DNA of 64,000 nucleotides, taken from NCBI GenBank assembly GCA_951406725.2, contig OX597825.1, positions 48,174,001-48,238,000 of the forward strand, in the 5' to 3' direction. Of this stretch, positions 52,253-64,000 are shown in pieces (position 1 is the stretch's first letter; every line of letters begins with the position of its first letter). Position numbers and translations under genes: made by a program. Source of the stretch: Octopus vulgaris. Its lineage: Eukaryota. Below the pieces are notes generated by a model, which worked only from the letters and a program-made list of their open reading frames with translations, did no database searches and was not told the origin of the DNA.

Positions 52253-52255
<3 letters not shown>
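51880..52255 (+). mobile_element. Second, different R4/Dong-clade fragment (internally deleted)
   Basis: CRICGDGQETINHIISGCPVLAKKEYIHRHDRVG..ILWDM, then a jump to the 3' end; AAT flanks. Confidence 0.85.
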
Positions 52256-52319
<64 letters not shown>

Positions 52320-52341
52320 GTAATAATAATAATAATAATAA

Positions 52342-52705
52342 TCCTTTCTACTAAAGGCACAAGGCCTGAAATTTGTGGAAAGTGGATTACTCGATTACAT
52401 TGACTCCAGTGCGTAACTGGTACTTATTTCATCGACCCCGAAAGCCGACTTCGACGGCATCCGAACGTAAAGACGGACGAAATACCTATTTCTTTATTGC
52501 CCACAAGGGGCTAAACACATACGGGACAAACAAGGACAGACAAACGGATTAAGTCGATTATATCGAGCCCAGTGCGTAACTGGTACTTAATTTATCGACC
52601 CCGAAAGGATGAAAGGCAAAGTCGACGTCGGCGGAATTTGAACTCAGAACGTAACGGCAGACGAAATACGGCTACGCATTTCGCCCGATGTGCTAACGTT
52701 TCTGA
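52342..52705 (-). mobile_element. Dimeric SINE
   Basis: Reverse complement of the 31448 layout with the same junction (cgaaatacctatttctttattgccc). Confidence 0.85.
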
Positions 52706-52760
52706 CAAGCGATAATGACACACACGCACGCAAACGCGTGCAAATACGTACCCCTCCCTG

Positions 52761-52992
<232 letters not shown>

Positions 52993-53213
52993 TCTGTTGT
53001 GTCATATAAAGAACCTTGCAAACCAAATCCCAAACGAAATATATATATATATCTTTGTCAACGAGCGTTTGCCTTTGTGTGTGTGTGTGTGTGTGTTTGT
53101 CTCCCCCACCCCACCTCATCGCTTGACAACCAGTGCTGGTGTGTTTGACTCCTCGTTACCTAGCAGTTCGGCAGATAGGGCCGATAGAATAAATACCAGA
53201 CTTTAAAAATAAG

Positions 53214-53246
<33 letters not shown>

Positions 53247-53502
53247 ACGCATGATAAACAGTTTTCAGTTTTCGTCTCCCAAATCCAATCTCAAGACTTC
53301 GGTCAGTCCGATGCTATAGTAGAAGCCATGAAGTGGGACTGAACCTGAAACAAGTTGATCGGGAAGCAAACTTCTTATTACACGGCCACACCATTATTGT
53401 ATCTGGGAAAGCCATTCTCTTTTAGTGCCTTATTTAACAAGACGCAATGAAAATGCTTGAACACACGTATTCACATAAAAAAATCTTGCAAACCAAACAA
53501 AA

Positions 53503-53551
<49 letters not shown>

Positions 53552-53619
53552 AAATATAAATATGTATATATATATATATGCACATATATATAAATATAAA
53601 TATACATACATATATATGT

Positions 53620-53679
<60 letters not shown>

Positions 53680-53794
53680 TATATATATATATATATATAT
53701 ATATACATGCGCATATACGGGTTTATTTCAATTACCGTCTACCAAATCCATTCACAAGGCTTTGGGCGGTCCAGGACCATAGAGTGTGTGTGTT

Positions 53795-53866
<72 letters not shown>

Positions 53867-54075
53867 TGTGTGTGTAAGTTACAAGGATAATTTATTCACA
53901 AATTCAAACACGAGAAAATCTTCAAAAGTCAAGTAGATCCATGTTGCTACGATTATTGTCAGTATTGTATTCCATACTTCTTAAAGTCTCTCTCTCTCTC
54001 TCTTCGTGTATATGTGTGTGTGTATGTATTCCAAATGCTATAGATAAGTGCAGTTAATATTGTGTGCCTATATAC

Positions 54076-54151
<76 letters not shown>

Positions 54152-54665
54152 GTATGTGTGTACACCCAATGCTATATATATGTATATGGGTGTAGCTAAA
54201 ACATGTGCGTGTATCTCATATGTGCACCTAATTAAATATATATAAATATATCTGTGCGTGTGTGTGTGTGGTATTTATGTATCTAATGTTAAATATATAT
54301 ATATAAATCCGTTATAACCCTTGGGTCCCCGTCTCAGCTGTCCCCTTCTTTCTTGGTCCAGTCAATAATCTCATTGTTGATATTCCTGGTCTCCTTCCTC
54401 CTTCTAAATCTTTCCTCTTACTTTACCTTTTCTTATTTCTCCCACCACTTATACTCTGTTAACCTTCAATCATTGTGTCTGCTTTTTTCACACACAAACA
54501 CGCACACTAACACACTAACACATATACACTGATAAATACACTCACTCACATACACATATCCACAATTGCTTTGTTTCCTCCTCCGTATTACCCTCTCTAT
54601 TTTTGTTTCTCAGCCCTTCTTTCTTTTGTTTTTTTCCCTCACTCACTCTCTCTATTTTTACACGC

Positions 54666-54699
<34 letters not shown>

Positions 54700-55050
54700 T
54701 GTTAAGTAGCTGAACCTTCACAGACACTCTTTCTCTGTCAGCCACCCACACAGACTGTAGGACATAAACACATACACACACACACTCAGTCACGTTAGAG
54801 CCACCGTCACTCCCACCACCATCACCACCACCAAACTGAAGGTGAAGTCTGACGTCAGACACAACAACTGTTGGAGAACATCAACTGCACACGCGAAATG
54901 GGCGGCACGTGATAGACGGTGGCAATGGTATGGTGGAGGTGGTAGTGGTGAGGCGGTACTGGTTGTATGGTAGTGACGAAGGTATTAGCGGTAGTGGTGG
55001 TGGGAACGGCTTTATATGTGTGTATATAAGACAACTCCTCCTACTATTCC
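54700..55050 (+). promoter_or_regulatory. Candidate NR0B core/proximal promoter
   Basis: CRE TGACGTCA inside a 14-bp palindrome (54847-54860), E-box CACGTG (54906-54911), TATATAAG (55023-55030); start of a transposon-poor zone. Confidence 0.5.
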
Positions 55051-55970
55051 TCTTCATCCTGTTCGTTCTTTTACTACTACTACTACTAGTACTACAACAA
55101 CAACTACTATATTCTCTTTGTTCTCTATCTGTCTTTCTCACCCTCTCTCTCATCCTGTCTCTTTCTTTCACCCATTCTCTGTTTCACTCTTTCACTCTCC
55201 CACTGTCTGCAGCGGCTATCATCTCCCACCACTACCACTATCATCATCACTATCACTGCCGTTTACACGTAAACTCCTGTCCAAGAGTTACTTCCACTCT
55301 ATCACTACCTGCCACTATTCCCCTCTCTCCAACAGTTGTAGTAAGTTAAGCTGGATCTGCAAGATCACCACATTCTTACCATTGAACACAACCCAGGCAG
55401 ACGTTTCCATGTGTTGTCAGCTCCAACAACTGACTACATTAAATACACTCTACTACATTTATTATTTTTTAACACAGTCTGGACATATTTGGATTTAAGT
55501 TTTACCTTTTATAAATTTTAGAAAAAGAATCGACAAACATAATTAACTTTTTTTTTTTAACCCAAGTCAGTTTTTCTGAGACAAAGACGAGAAATATATG
55601 ATTAACAAATTAATTTATTTGGAAAGTTAAAAAAAAAAACAAAGCCCTCCAAAAGTAATAATTTCTAATTAATTGATTGAAACCCCAAACAACTTTCTGG
55701 TTTGTTAACAAACTTGTATAAATTGTTTAAACGCAGTCACCTATGAACCTTTACTTCCTCTGTTAATTATATTGAGATATCTAGGTGAAAGATATCGATC
55801 TGTATTAAAGGGGAGGAAAACCAATAGCTAAATGTACCGGCAAGTAAGGTCACAGTTTCTAGCTTCGATTATTCAACTGAATCATTTGTCTGTCGGAGAC
55901 CTCACTTAATTTACCAACAGGAAACAAAGACAACCGTCAGACGGAAAGAAAAGAGAAACATCATTATAAG
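55050..55970 (+). other. Candidate non-coding first exon of NR0B
   Basis: Downstream of the TATA box; possible donor AAG|GTAGTT at 55970/55971. The acceptor at 59603 requires an upstream exon. Not verified. Confidence 0.35.
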
Positions 55971-58900
55971 GTAGTTTTATTATTATTATTATTATTGTTT
56001 CTGAGAGAGACTTCCCCCTCTCTCCCTCTTTTTGCACTCAATAATTATCTTTGTTAAATTTTTTTTCATATCAGTGTCTTTTTTTTATTTGTTTGTGTAT
56101 GGGTTTTACAAACAGCCACTGCACACACACTTTGTTATTTTGCATTTCTTTCCCGGGTTTATTTCTACCTTACGACATAAAAATACCCTTTGGTTGTGAG
56201 CGCAGGGTTAAAGGCCTTAACGACTTCCGAATTTTGCCTCAGGTCCGTTGACGATGAAATACCAGTTATATATTGAAGTTGATTAAGTATGTACTCCGAC
56301 CCTATGCCAGTGTAATTTATTGTTTGAAAGATTATTATTATTATACCTGTAATTGAACAGTAGTTGAACATTGAAAAATTCAGTCAGCTTTAACATTTCT
56401 TAATAAGTATTTTACTGTTGGAAATTCTGTAAATAATAAAGTATAGCTTTTGGTTAAGGCACAGGGCCAGCAATTTTGAGGAGGAAAGGTTCAGTCGATA
56501 ACATTACTCCCAGCTTTTGATTGATGCTTTATTTAATCGACCCCGAAAAGATGAAAGGCTAAGATGACCTTGGCGGGATTTTAATAAAGATGATAATGCT
56601 TTCTTTGTAACAATAATGATGACGATATTTATTAATCGCAAACGTTGATAAAGAGATCGAAAACAGTGGGTTCAGTTTAGGTTCAAATCCAGATGGTATT
56701 TTTTTTCTTCGTGTTCTTTCGTTCGGGTTCACCTGAGGTCGTTCGTATATTTTGCTGCAGTACAAAGAGTTCCGTTTGAAAATACAGGAACGTGCAAGAC
56801 AATGTCCTTCTGCTCCTAGTTTGTGAATGTCTTATCTTCTAATACCAGGGTTAGTGATATGAGTACCTGTAATATTTTGGGATCATTCTAAATACTCTAT
56901 CCTGTCGCTATATAAATTGGTTGTGTGTTATTCAGTTTTGATTGATTGTTAATTATTTCAGTAACAAAGCCCTCAGGTCGGTTTCATTGTCTCCGTAGTC
57001 AGTCCCCGACTGTTTGCGTCCTTTGTTCAGTCTAGGACGACCTACAAGGATTACAGGGCACTACACCCCATTCTTCAACTAATTATCTAAAAATAGAAAT
57101 GCCTGCCTCATACAGGATTACCCTAATCTTGTATCACGTCTTGATTAGTTTAGAGTTAATTCTCTCATTAAGGGTCTCTGTAATTATCATTTACCTAGCA
57201 AATGACACTACACCTTTGTCATAGAGAACAGCAAGTACCCAGGTGTCTGTCGAGTGCGTTCACCTCCCTTCCTCTCTCCCTCATTCCTTACAACAAAGGA
57301 AAGTAAACTCAGGTTTCTAATTTACATGTCTGACTTCCTTGTTCTTTTGGTAAGGTATTTAACTTTCCTCGCCCCGTTAACAGACTTTTCTTACAAAAAA
57401 GATTTTTTTTACATCGATTCAGATAAATTTGATTTTTTTTGGTTTTTTTTGCTAATGTAAGCTGAGATCCAATATTGAAAAAGTTGGTGGTAAGCTAAAT
57501 CTGAGATCCTGGTTAATGTAGATTATGATATACTTACCCTTGAGAAAGGCATGAAAACAACATAATCTTATTATTGCACCCTGTGCGCGCGCGTACGTGC
57601 TTTTGTACCCAAACAGTCCAGTACAAAAATAACTCACCCACAAATGTAGGGCGAAGGTGACTGATTGTTCCTAGGAAAATGGTCCTCGAAAGGGAATTAC
57701 TAACCAAATCTCTGCTGCTATTCGAACTCGCGCACTAAACGGTGTCAGCTAATTTATTCAGGCAACTCGACTGTCAGAAATCAATATTGATCGAAACTTA
57801 CTCAACCGATTGTGTGTGTGTGTGTGGCTGTTTAAAAGCGGCCAGGTGAGGCAGAGTTGATTTTCTTTTTTCTTGTATGAACTCTTTCCATCACTAATAT
57901 TACTGGGGATGGCATGAATATCACATAATTACCGAACAGTTTCATTGTCGTCTGCAGCCCCTCCCCCAATAAAGCTCTTTCCGCCTTATTGGATGTTGCG
58001 ACTAAGAATGTGTTGAACGTCTCTCTCTCTCTCTCTTTCTGTCACACACACACACTCTCTCTCTCTCACGCACACACACACAAAAGAGTGAGGGGACGTT
58101 ATTATTACGTGCTATTTCGGCATCAGTTTACACTCGTATTCAATGGATGTTACTGTCGTTTGTTTGACCCCTGACTACAATTATTAATTGTGTCACACTT
58201 AATGGCTGTAGGGAAAAACTCCAAAGACGAAGTCTTCGTAGACGCGATGTTGCTAAAATTAGCTGCCACGAAAAGTTGGCCAAACTCGTGTCTCTGGAAC
58301 TTGTCACTTCACCTACGTCTTCTTGGCTACCGCCTCCACTGCTACCATGTTACACACATACACAGACTGATAGACGAAGGGAGTGACGGAGAAGCCAGTG
58401 CCTCCCACCCCACGCACACTTACACATAATGCTGTGAATAAATTAACTAGTTTACCACCATTCTGTTTATAAATATTTACTAATTATTATAATTAGTACA
58501 AGCTGTTGCAGTCTGTAACTCATCTCTCTCTCTCTCTCTCTGATACGGAAAAGCAAAATCTGGGAGAACCCAAATCTTTTTGGTGAAGTAGATAAATCCC
58601 GTTTCCTACAGGAATTTTAAATTGGCGAAAACATGAATATTGGTCTACCAAGAGCCATTATTTTAATGTGTGTAGTGTGTGTGTGTGTATTTATGTATGT
58701 GTGTCAATATATGTGTTTATGTATATGTGAGCACACCCATACACCCAGTCTGAATCTTTTCCCATCCCTACTATTTTATTGTTTCTTAGTATATTGATAA
58801 AACCAATGAAGTATTTACTGTTATTTCTCTTTATCCAAGTTGTCCATGATGGTGGCGAGGAGGCTATTCTTAACATTTTCCTGTGTCAGCTTGTTTGATA

Positions 58901-59617
58901 GTCATGATATTATATTATAGTAAAGAGATAACACTTAACCAATGCAGCAAGCACCAAACACCCCATCTCACTACTTCACTACATCTGACCCCACACCACC
59001 ACACTATGCGTTCTATCAGTACTACCCTATATCCCCTACAATACAGCACCACACACCTAACTCCACCATGCTACACCACTTCTCATCACACTAGACCATA
59101 CCAGTTTCTTTACCCTACACCATATACCACCCCATACCCCCCATCATTCTACACTAGACCCCAGTCCAATTTGCCCAAATTATTCTTTTTTTTTAGTTAC
59201 TAAAGATGTTTTTGTTTTTTTTTACTTATTCTTAAATTTTCAATGGTGGAGACGTTTTTAAACTTCTGAGTTGTAAATTTCATCTTCATATTCTGACTTT
59301 AAAATGTTTAACTGCATCTGACTCCCCTGTCTCCTCATATACTTCAATGTCATTGGTTCAGTATCAGCTGGTATTAGTTTTGTTTGTATCAGCAGCCCTT
59401 AAAGTGTGACCTGTCTAAATGCACAAGTCCTTGCAAACAATTAAACACATAAATATTTATTTTATCGCAAATGTTTTGTTGGTAAATATTCAATGCTAGT
59501 ATTATCTCTCTCTCTCTCTCTATCTCTCTCTGTTTCTTCTTTTAAAAATCTAAAATATTTGGCAGTTTAAAAAAATTTTTTTTTTTTTCCTTTTTATCTT
59601 CAGATTACACAATAAGA

Positions 59618-61319
59618 ATGGGGGAAATGCAGTTTTCTATCTCCAATATCCACTATGAACCACTGAAGTGGACAGGTAGTCCAAACCAGAACTCTCCTCA
59701 TCTGACAATGCAGCCCTCTTATCTAAACTGGGAATCTTACCCAGCTACACAGGAAAGGACCACACCTTATGAGAAACGGTATAACACTCTGGAGAGTGTT
59801 CTCTTGGGCCAAGTTCCTGCCAGTTATTCCCATTTAACTACCTCACCTCACCTATCTTCATCACCATCAAATTCTTCATCTTGCTCTACATCACCCTCTC
59901 CAACAGCATTTTCAGATCGTTCTTTCTCAGCCAGTCCTTGCTACTCTACTGGTCAATCATTTTATCATAAATCTGACGTTTCTCGCTCTTCAGCATCAAG
60001 TCCATCAGGTTACCAATCAGAACCAATGGATTTATCTTGTAAAGGCTTTTCTTCATCTGCATCTTCAATTTGTTCGACAGGAAGTAGGAAATCTATTTGT
60101 AGTGACAGCTCTGGCTATGGAGGAGAGGAGCACCAACTAGAAGATGCTACATTTCCATTAACATATCAATATACACATGACAATGGTAGAACAACGGATC
60201 CTTCACTCCTTTCTTCCTGTGGTACCACATACATGTCAGTGGATCAGCAGGCCATGCAAATGGCAAATTCTTCAATAAATCAACCTCTCAGAAGCAGACA
60301 TTCTCCAATCCAGTTTCTTAGTGATACTTCAATTCAACAGCGACAATCTCCTATCGAAAATCACTTATCAACAATCCCCCCATTACATCAGCAGCAGCAG
60401 CAGAAACAACATCAACTATTAGATGTACCACACCATAGTTTACAACAACAGTCTTCAAGTGTCCAGAGCAGTGACATGTCTATGGAAATTCAACACAGCC
60501 TTGCTATGCAGGGTCAGTCTTCACATAAGAAAGACTCATGTAATAACTCACCGAGCAGGCACTGCATCTCTCCAAGATTAGTATTACATCATAATTCATT
60601 GACTGGCCACCAAGATGAGCATCGGTCACCTTGGCAATCTACTTCCCAGCCTCAACTATCCCAGCAGTCTTTGCAGAATAGTGATTCTTATCAAGCTGGT
60701 ATTGATAGCCGTCCATCTCCACCGCTCCAGAACCAATCTTCAACCCAATCAAAAAATGGACATTCACTCTTGCGAGATCTTCTCAGTTGTGGTCGAAATG
60801 ATTCCAAACAAAATAAAATGTCATTATCGTCCTCATCAGACTTTTCTTCCATTTCTTCATCAAATTCTTCCTCAAATGATGACACTATGTCACAAGAAAA
60901 AGAAGCTAAAATAGAATATGATGGTTCGAAAGATTACTTATTGTCTAGCACAGCTCGTGTGACCCTGGCCAAAAAAAACCTTCTGCCAATCAGCGCCCGT
61001 GTCACTGAATGGCTTTACAAAATGGTCAAGTTTGCTAAAGAAATTCCTCAATTTATGAAGCTTCCCAACAACGACCGCCTAACGCTCATCTTGAACTCAT
61101 GGACTCGTATGCTGTTAATGCATATGGCTGAGAATAACTTCCAGTTTGCTGTCACGCCTCTTCCATCATCTCCAGCCCGTGACCACGAGGTTCCAGCGTC
61201 TGATGAACCAACCATGAAGTCTGTTGAAAGTATACAGAGCATCATACGCAAATGTCAGTGTATGAACTTGGATAGTTCTGAATACAAATACTTAAGAATG
61301 TTGGTGCTTTTCAATGCTG
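59618..61319 (+). CDS. NR0B: NR0B (DAX1/SHP-like) orphan nuclear receptor without DNA-binding domain, first coding exon (3' partial)
   Basis: 567-codon uninterrupted frame; acceptor polyT-cag at 59603, donor G|GTTAGT at 61319/61320; LBD signature VKFAKEIPQFMKLPNNDRLTLILNSW and PTMKSVESIQ..KC..EYKYLRMLVLFNA like DAX1/SHP; no C4 zinc fingers; LxxLL motif. Confidence 0.9.
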
Positions 61320-61516
61320 GTTAGTACCATTTACTTTTAAATAGCTGTGTGCATGTACACTTAGGTGCATCTATACTTGAATGCATGTGTTTGTCTAAGG
61401 ATGCATGTGTGTGTTCTCAGGCAATACTCTCAATGAGAAACAAACTAGGCCGTATCTGTGTATATGCTCTCTTTCTCTCTCTCTCATGTGTATATATATA
61501 CACACACACACACACA

Positions 61517-61850
61517 CGTAGCTGAGTGGTTAGAGCACTGATCTTACGATCATGAGATTGTGAGTTCGAATCCCAGGCCGGGCTGCGTGTTGTGTTCTTG
61601 AGCAAGACACTTTATTTCACTTTGCTCCAGTTCACTCAGCTGTAAAAATGAGTTGCAGTATCCATCACAGGTACCAAGCTATATCAGCCTTTGCCTTTAC
61701 CTTGGATAACACTGTTGGCATGGAGAGGGGAGGCCAGTATGCATGGGCGACTGCTGGTCTTCCATAAACAACCTTGCTCAGACTTCTGCCTGGGAGGGTA
61801 ACTTTCTAGGTGCAATTCCATGGTCAGTCATAATAGAAGGGGGTCTCAGA
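61517..61850 (+). mobile_element. tRNA-derived SINE (family C) in the NR0B intron
   Basis: A box tagctgagtgg, B box gttcgaatcc, body ttgagcaagacactt. Confidence 0.85.
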
Positions 61851-62609
61851 AACATGCGCACACACATACTATATATGTAATATATTTGTTAATGTGTGCC
61901 ATTTAGGGTGTCTTCTACTACAGCCCTAGACCAACAAATGCCATGTAAGGGAATTTGATGAATGGAAACTGCATGAAGCCAGTTGAAAGCATGCTAGTAT
62001 ACAAAGCAACATGCTGTTCTCAATTATTTAGTGGTGCTGTTGCTAAAAAGCATTCAGTACACCATGTATGTAGCTGGTAATAATAAATAAAATTGAGTAG
62101 TGACAATCTAGGATATGAGAGGGCCCTTTACTCTTGAAAACAGCAAGACAGCCTCTACAGTGATGGGCACTTTCTTTAATGGTTAGTGTTAGAAAGGGTA
62201 GAAATCGTGTCAAAACTGAGACACTGGAGCAAAACGTCCTCTAAACTGTTGGATCCTATTGAAATGTTCAATGGACATTATAACTGGTTACTCTGTGCTT
62301 TTAGGTATGTGCATTATAAAGAGAATCTTTACTTCAAGACAAGTATGAGTTGGCAACAGAAAAAAGCATCTGGCAATAAAGTCCAGTTTCAAATAACTCC
62401 AGTCTGAACAATTCTAATCTAGAAAAACAAATGTTAAATCCACAATATATGTGTGTAAATGTGTGTGTGTGTATGTATATATATATATGTATGTGTGTGT
62501 ATGTGCATATTTATATTCATATATATATATTTATACTTGAATATATATATCATTTAACGTCTACTTTCCATGCTGGCATGGGTTATATATATATATATCT
62601 ATATATATG

Positions 62610-62760
62610 ACCATATAGTAAGAAGCATGCTTCCTAACTGCATGGTTCTGGCTTCAGTCTCACTGCATGGCACCTTGGGCAAGAGTCTTCTTCTATAGAC
62701 TCAGGCTGCCCAAAGCTTTGCGAGTGGATTTGGTAAGCAGAAACTGAAAGAAACTCGTCA
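62610..62760 (+). mobile_element. SINE (family B) 5' part
   Basis: Matches the family B head (ccttgggcaag..gagtggatttggta..aaactgaaagaa). Confidence 0.78.
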
Positions 62761-62814
62761 TATATACATATACATGAGTGTGTGTGTATATATATGTGTG
62801 TGTGTGTGTATATA

Positions 62815-62898
<84 letters not shown>

Positions 62899-63038
62899 TG
62901 TGTATATATATATTCATTTTGTATATATGTGTGTCTATTTTGTATATCTGTGTGTGTGTATATATATATATGTATATATATATTTCTAATTTGGATATAT
63001 ACATATGTATTTGTGTATATATTTATATATATATATGC

Positions 63039-63111
<73 letters not shown>

Positions 63112-63149
63112 TTTATTTATATATGTGTGTGTTGTGTGTGTACATTACT

Positions 63150-64000
63150 GTTACAGAACAGATGGTGGAGGTCTCTCTGGTAAGAATATAATTAGAAATG
63201 TCTCAATGCTTAGATGTAAGTTGCTTTGCAGATATCTTTTTATTGAGAGAAAATGTTGCTCACAACTAACTTAAACTCAGTGCATAATTGGAGATGGCCA
63301 TTGATGTTCATCTTGCCCTTTTGCCCATACTATAATGTCCTAAAGCACTCCAGGTGTTGTGATCACATTTGCATTGAAATCTCCAAGGAGCAACGCTTTA
63401 TGTGCTCATGGAACAGATGTTCCACACTCTTACAAATTGTGTGTAAAACATCATGTGATTGGTTTCTGAGTGCTATCTCTAGTAGGACCATGTACTGAAA
63501 TGTCAGTCATGAATCATCCCTATGATAGAGGACTCCTCAGGTGCATAATTTACAGGGAACTGACCAGAGGGAAAAGGTAAGATCACAAACCAAGAAGTGA
63601 TTTAAAGATGTTACAAAAGACAATTTTAAAAGCTTTTATGTTAGATATGGATAACATTGGGAAAGGTTGTGGAAGTCTTACTTAAAGATCTTCTTCAAGA
63701 CCTGTGAATGCAATGTTGCATGCTGCCTAGACTTGGTTTGATGTGAAATAATCATGCAAAGGGCTGCGGAAGTCCTTTGCATGAACTGAAACTAATAGAT
63801 GTGATGTCTTTGAGTGAACGCTTCAATGCAGCATACTTCTCTGTGCAATCACTCCACAAGCAAGACTCAAGAGCAGTGCCTGCGGAGCTCCAGCTGGAAT
63901 TGAAGTGCAATGTGTGTGGATGATTTCTTCTCAAGAGCTGGATTAATCACACATTCACATGGGCTAGGGAGAAATCAAGCAGCTTGCATGGTGGTTTTGC
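63150..64000 (-). mobile_element. Decayed RTE-like LINE endonuclease region
   Basis: Minus strand LLGDFNANV at ~63365-63393 in RTE-like context. Confidence 0.6.

Noticed and set aside
61320-61324. Stop codon as the true end of NR0B
   Set aside because: It lies inside the donor GTTAGT and the LBD is incomplete, so it is intronic.
61517-61590. tRNA gene
   Set aside because: Has A/B boxes but continues into a SINE body; no acceptor stem seen.
62290-62350. Next NR0B exon after ttttag at ~62304
   Set aside because: The frame closes within 15 codons and lacks helix 9-12 similarity.

Overview
Repeat-rich animal genomic DNA, AT-rich and packed with (CA)n, (AT)n, (ATAC)n and (AAT)n microsatellites. 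The SINE families and repeat landscape suggest an octopus or other cephalopod (inference, not searched). Only one host gene is supported: a DBD-less NR0B (DAX1/SHP-type) nuclear receptor. Its large first coding exon lies at 59604-61319, with a candidate promoter and 5'UTR exon at ~54.7-56.0 kb; the last exon is not evident in the window. The rest is nested, mostly decayed transposons: RTE, CR1, L1/Tx1 and R4/Dong LINEs, Penelope-like elements with minimal hammerhead ribozymes, mariner, Tigger, hAT-type MITEs, Helitron-like elements and tRNA-derived SINEs. Most notable: an ORF1-only, TSD-flanked Tx1 derivative (HAL1-like); a SINE 3' tail resembling the Tx1 LINE 3' end; several hammerhead folds including non-canonical cores; an inverted pair of mariner 3' ends around a duplicated RTE fragment; and a heat-shock-element array just upstream of a 5'-truncated LINE. 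Almost all other short ORFs are microsatellite artefacts. All alignments and folds were done by eye.
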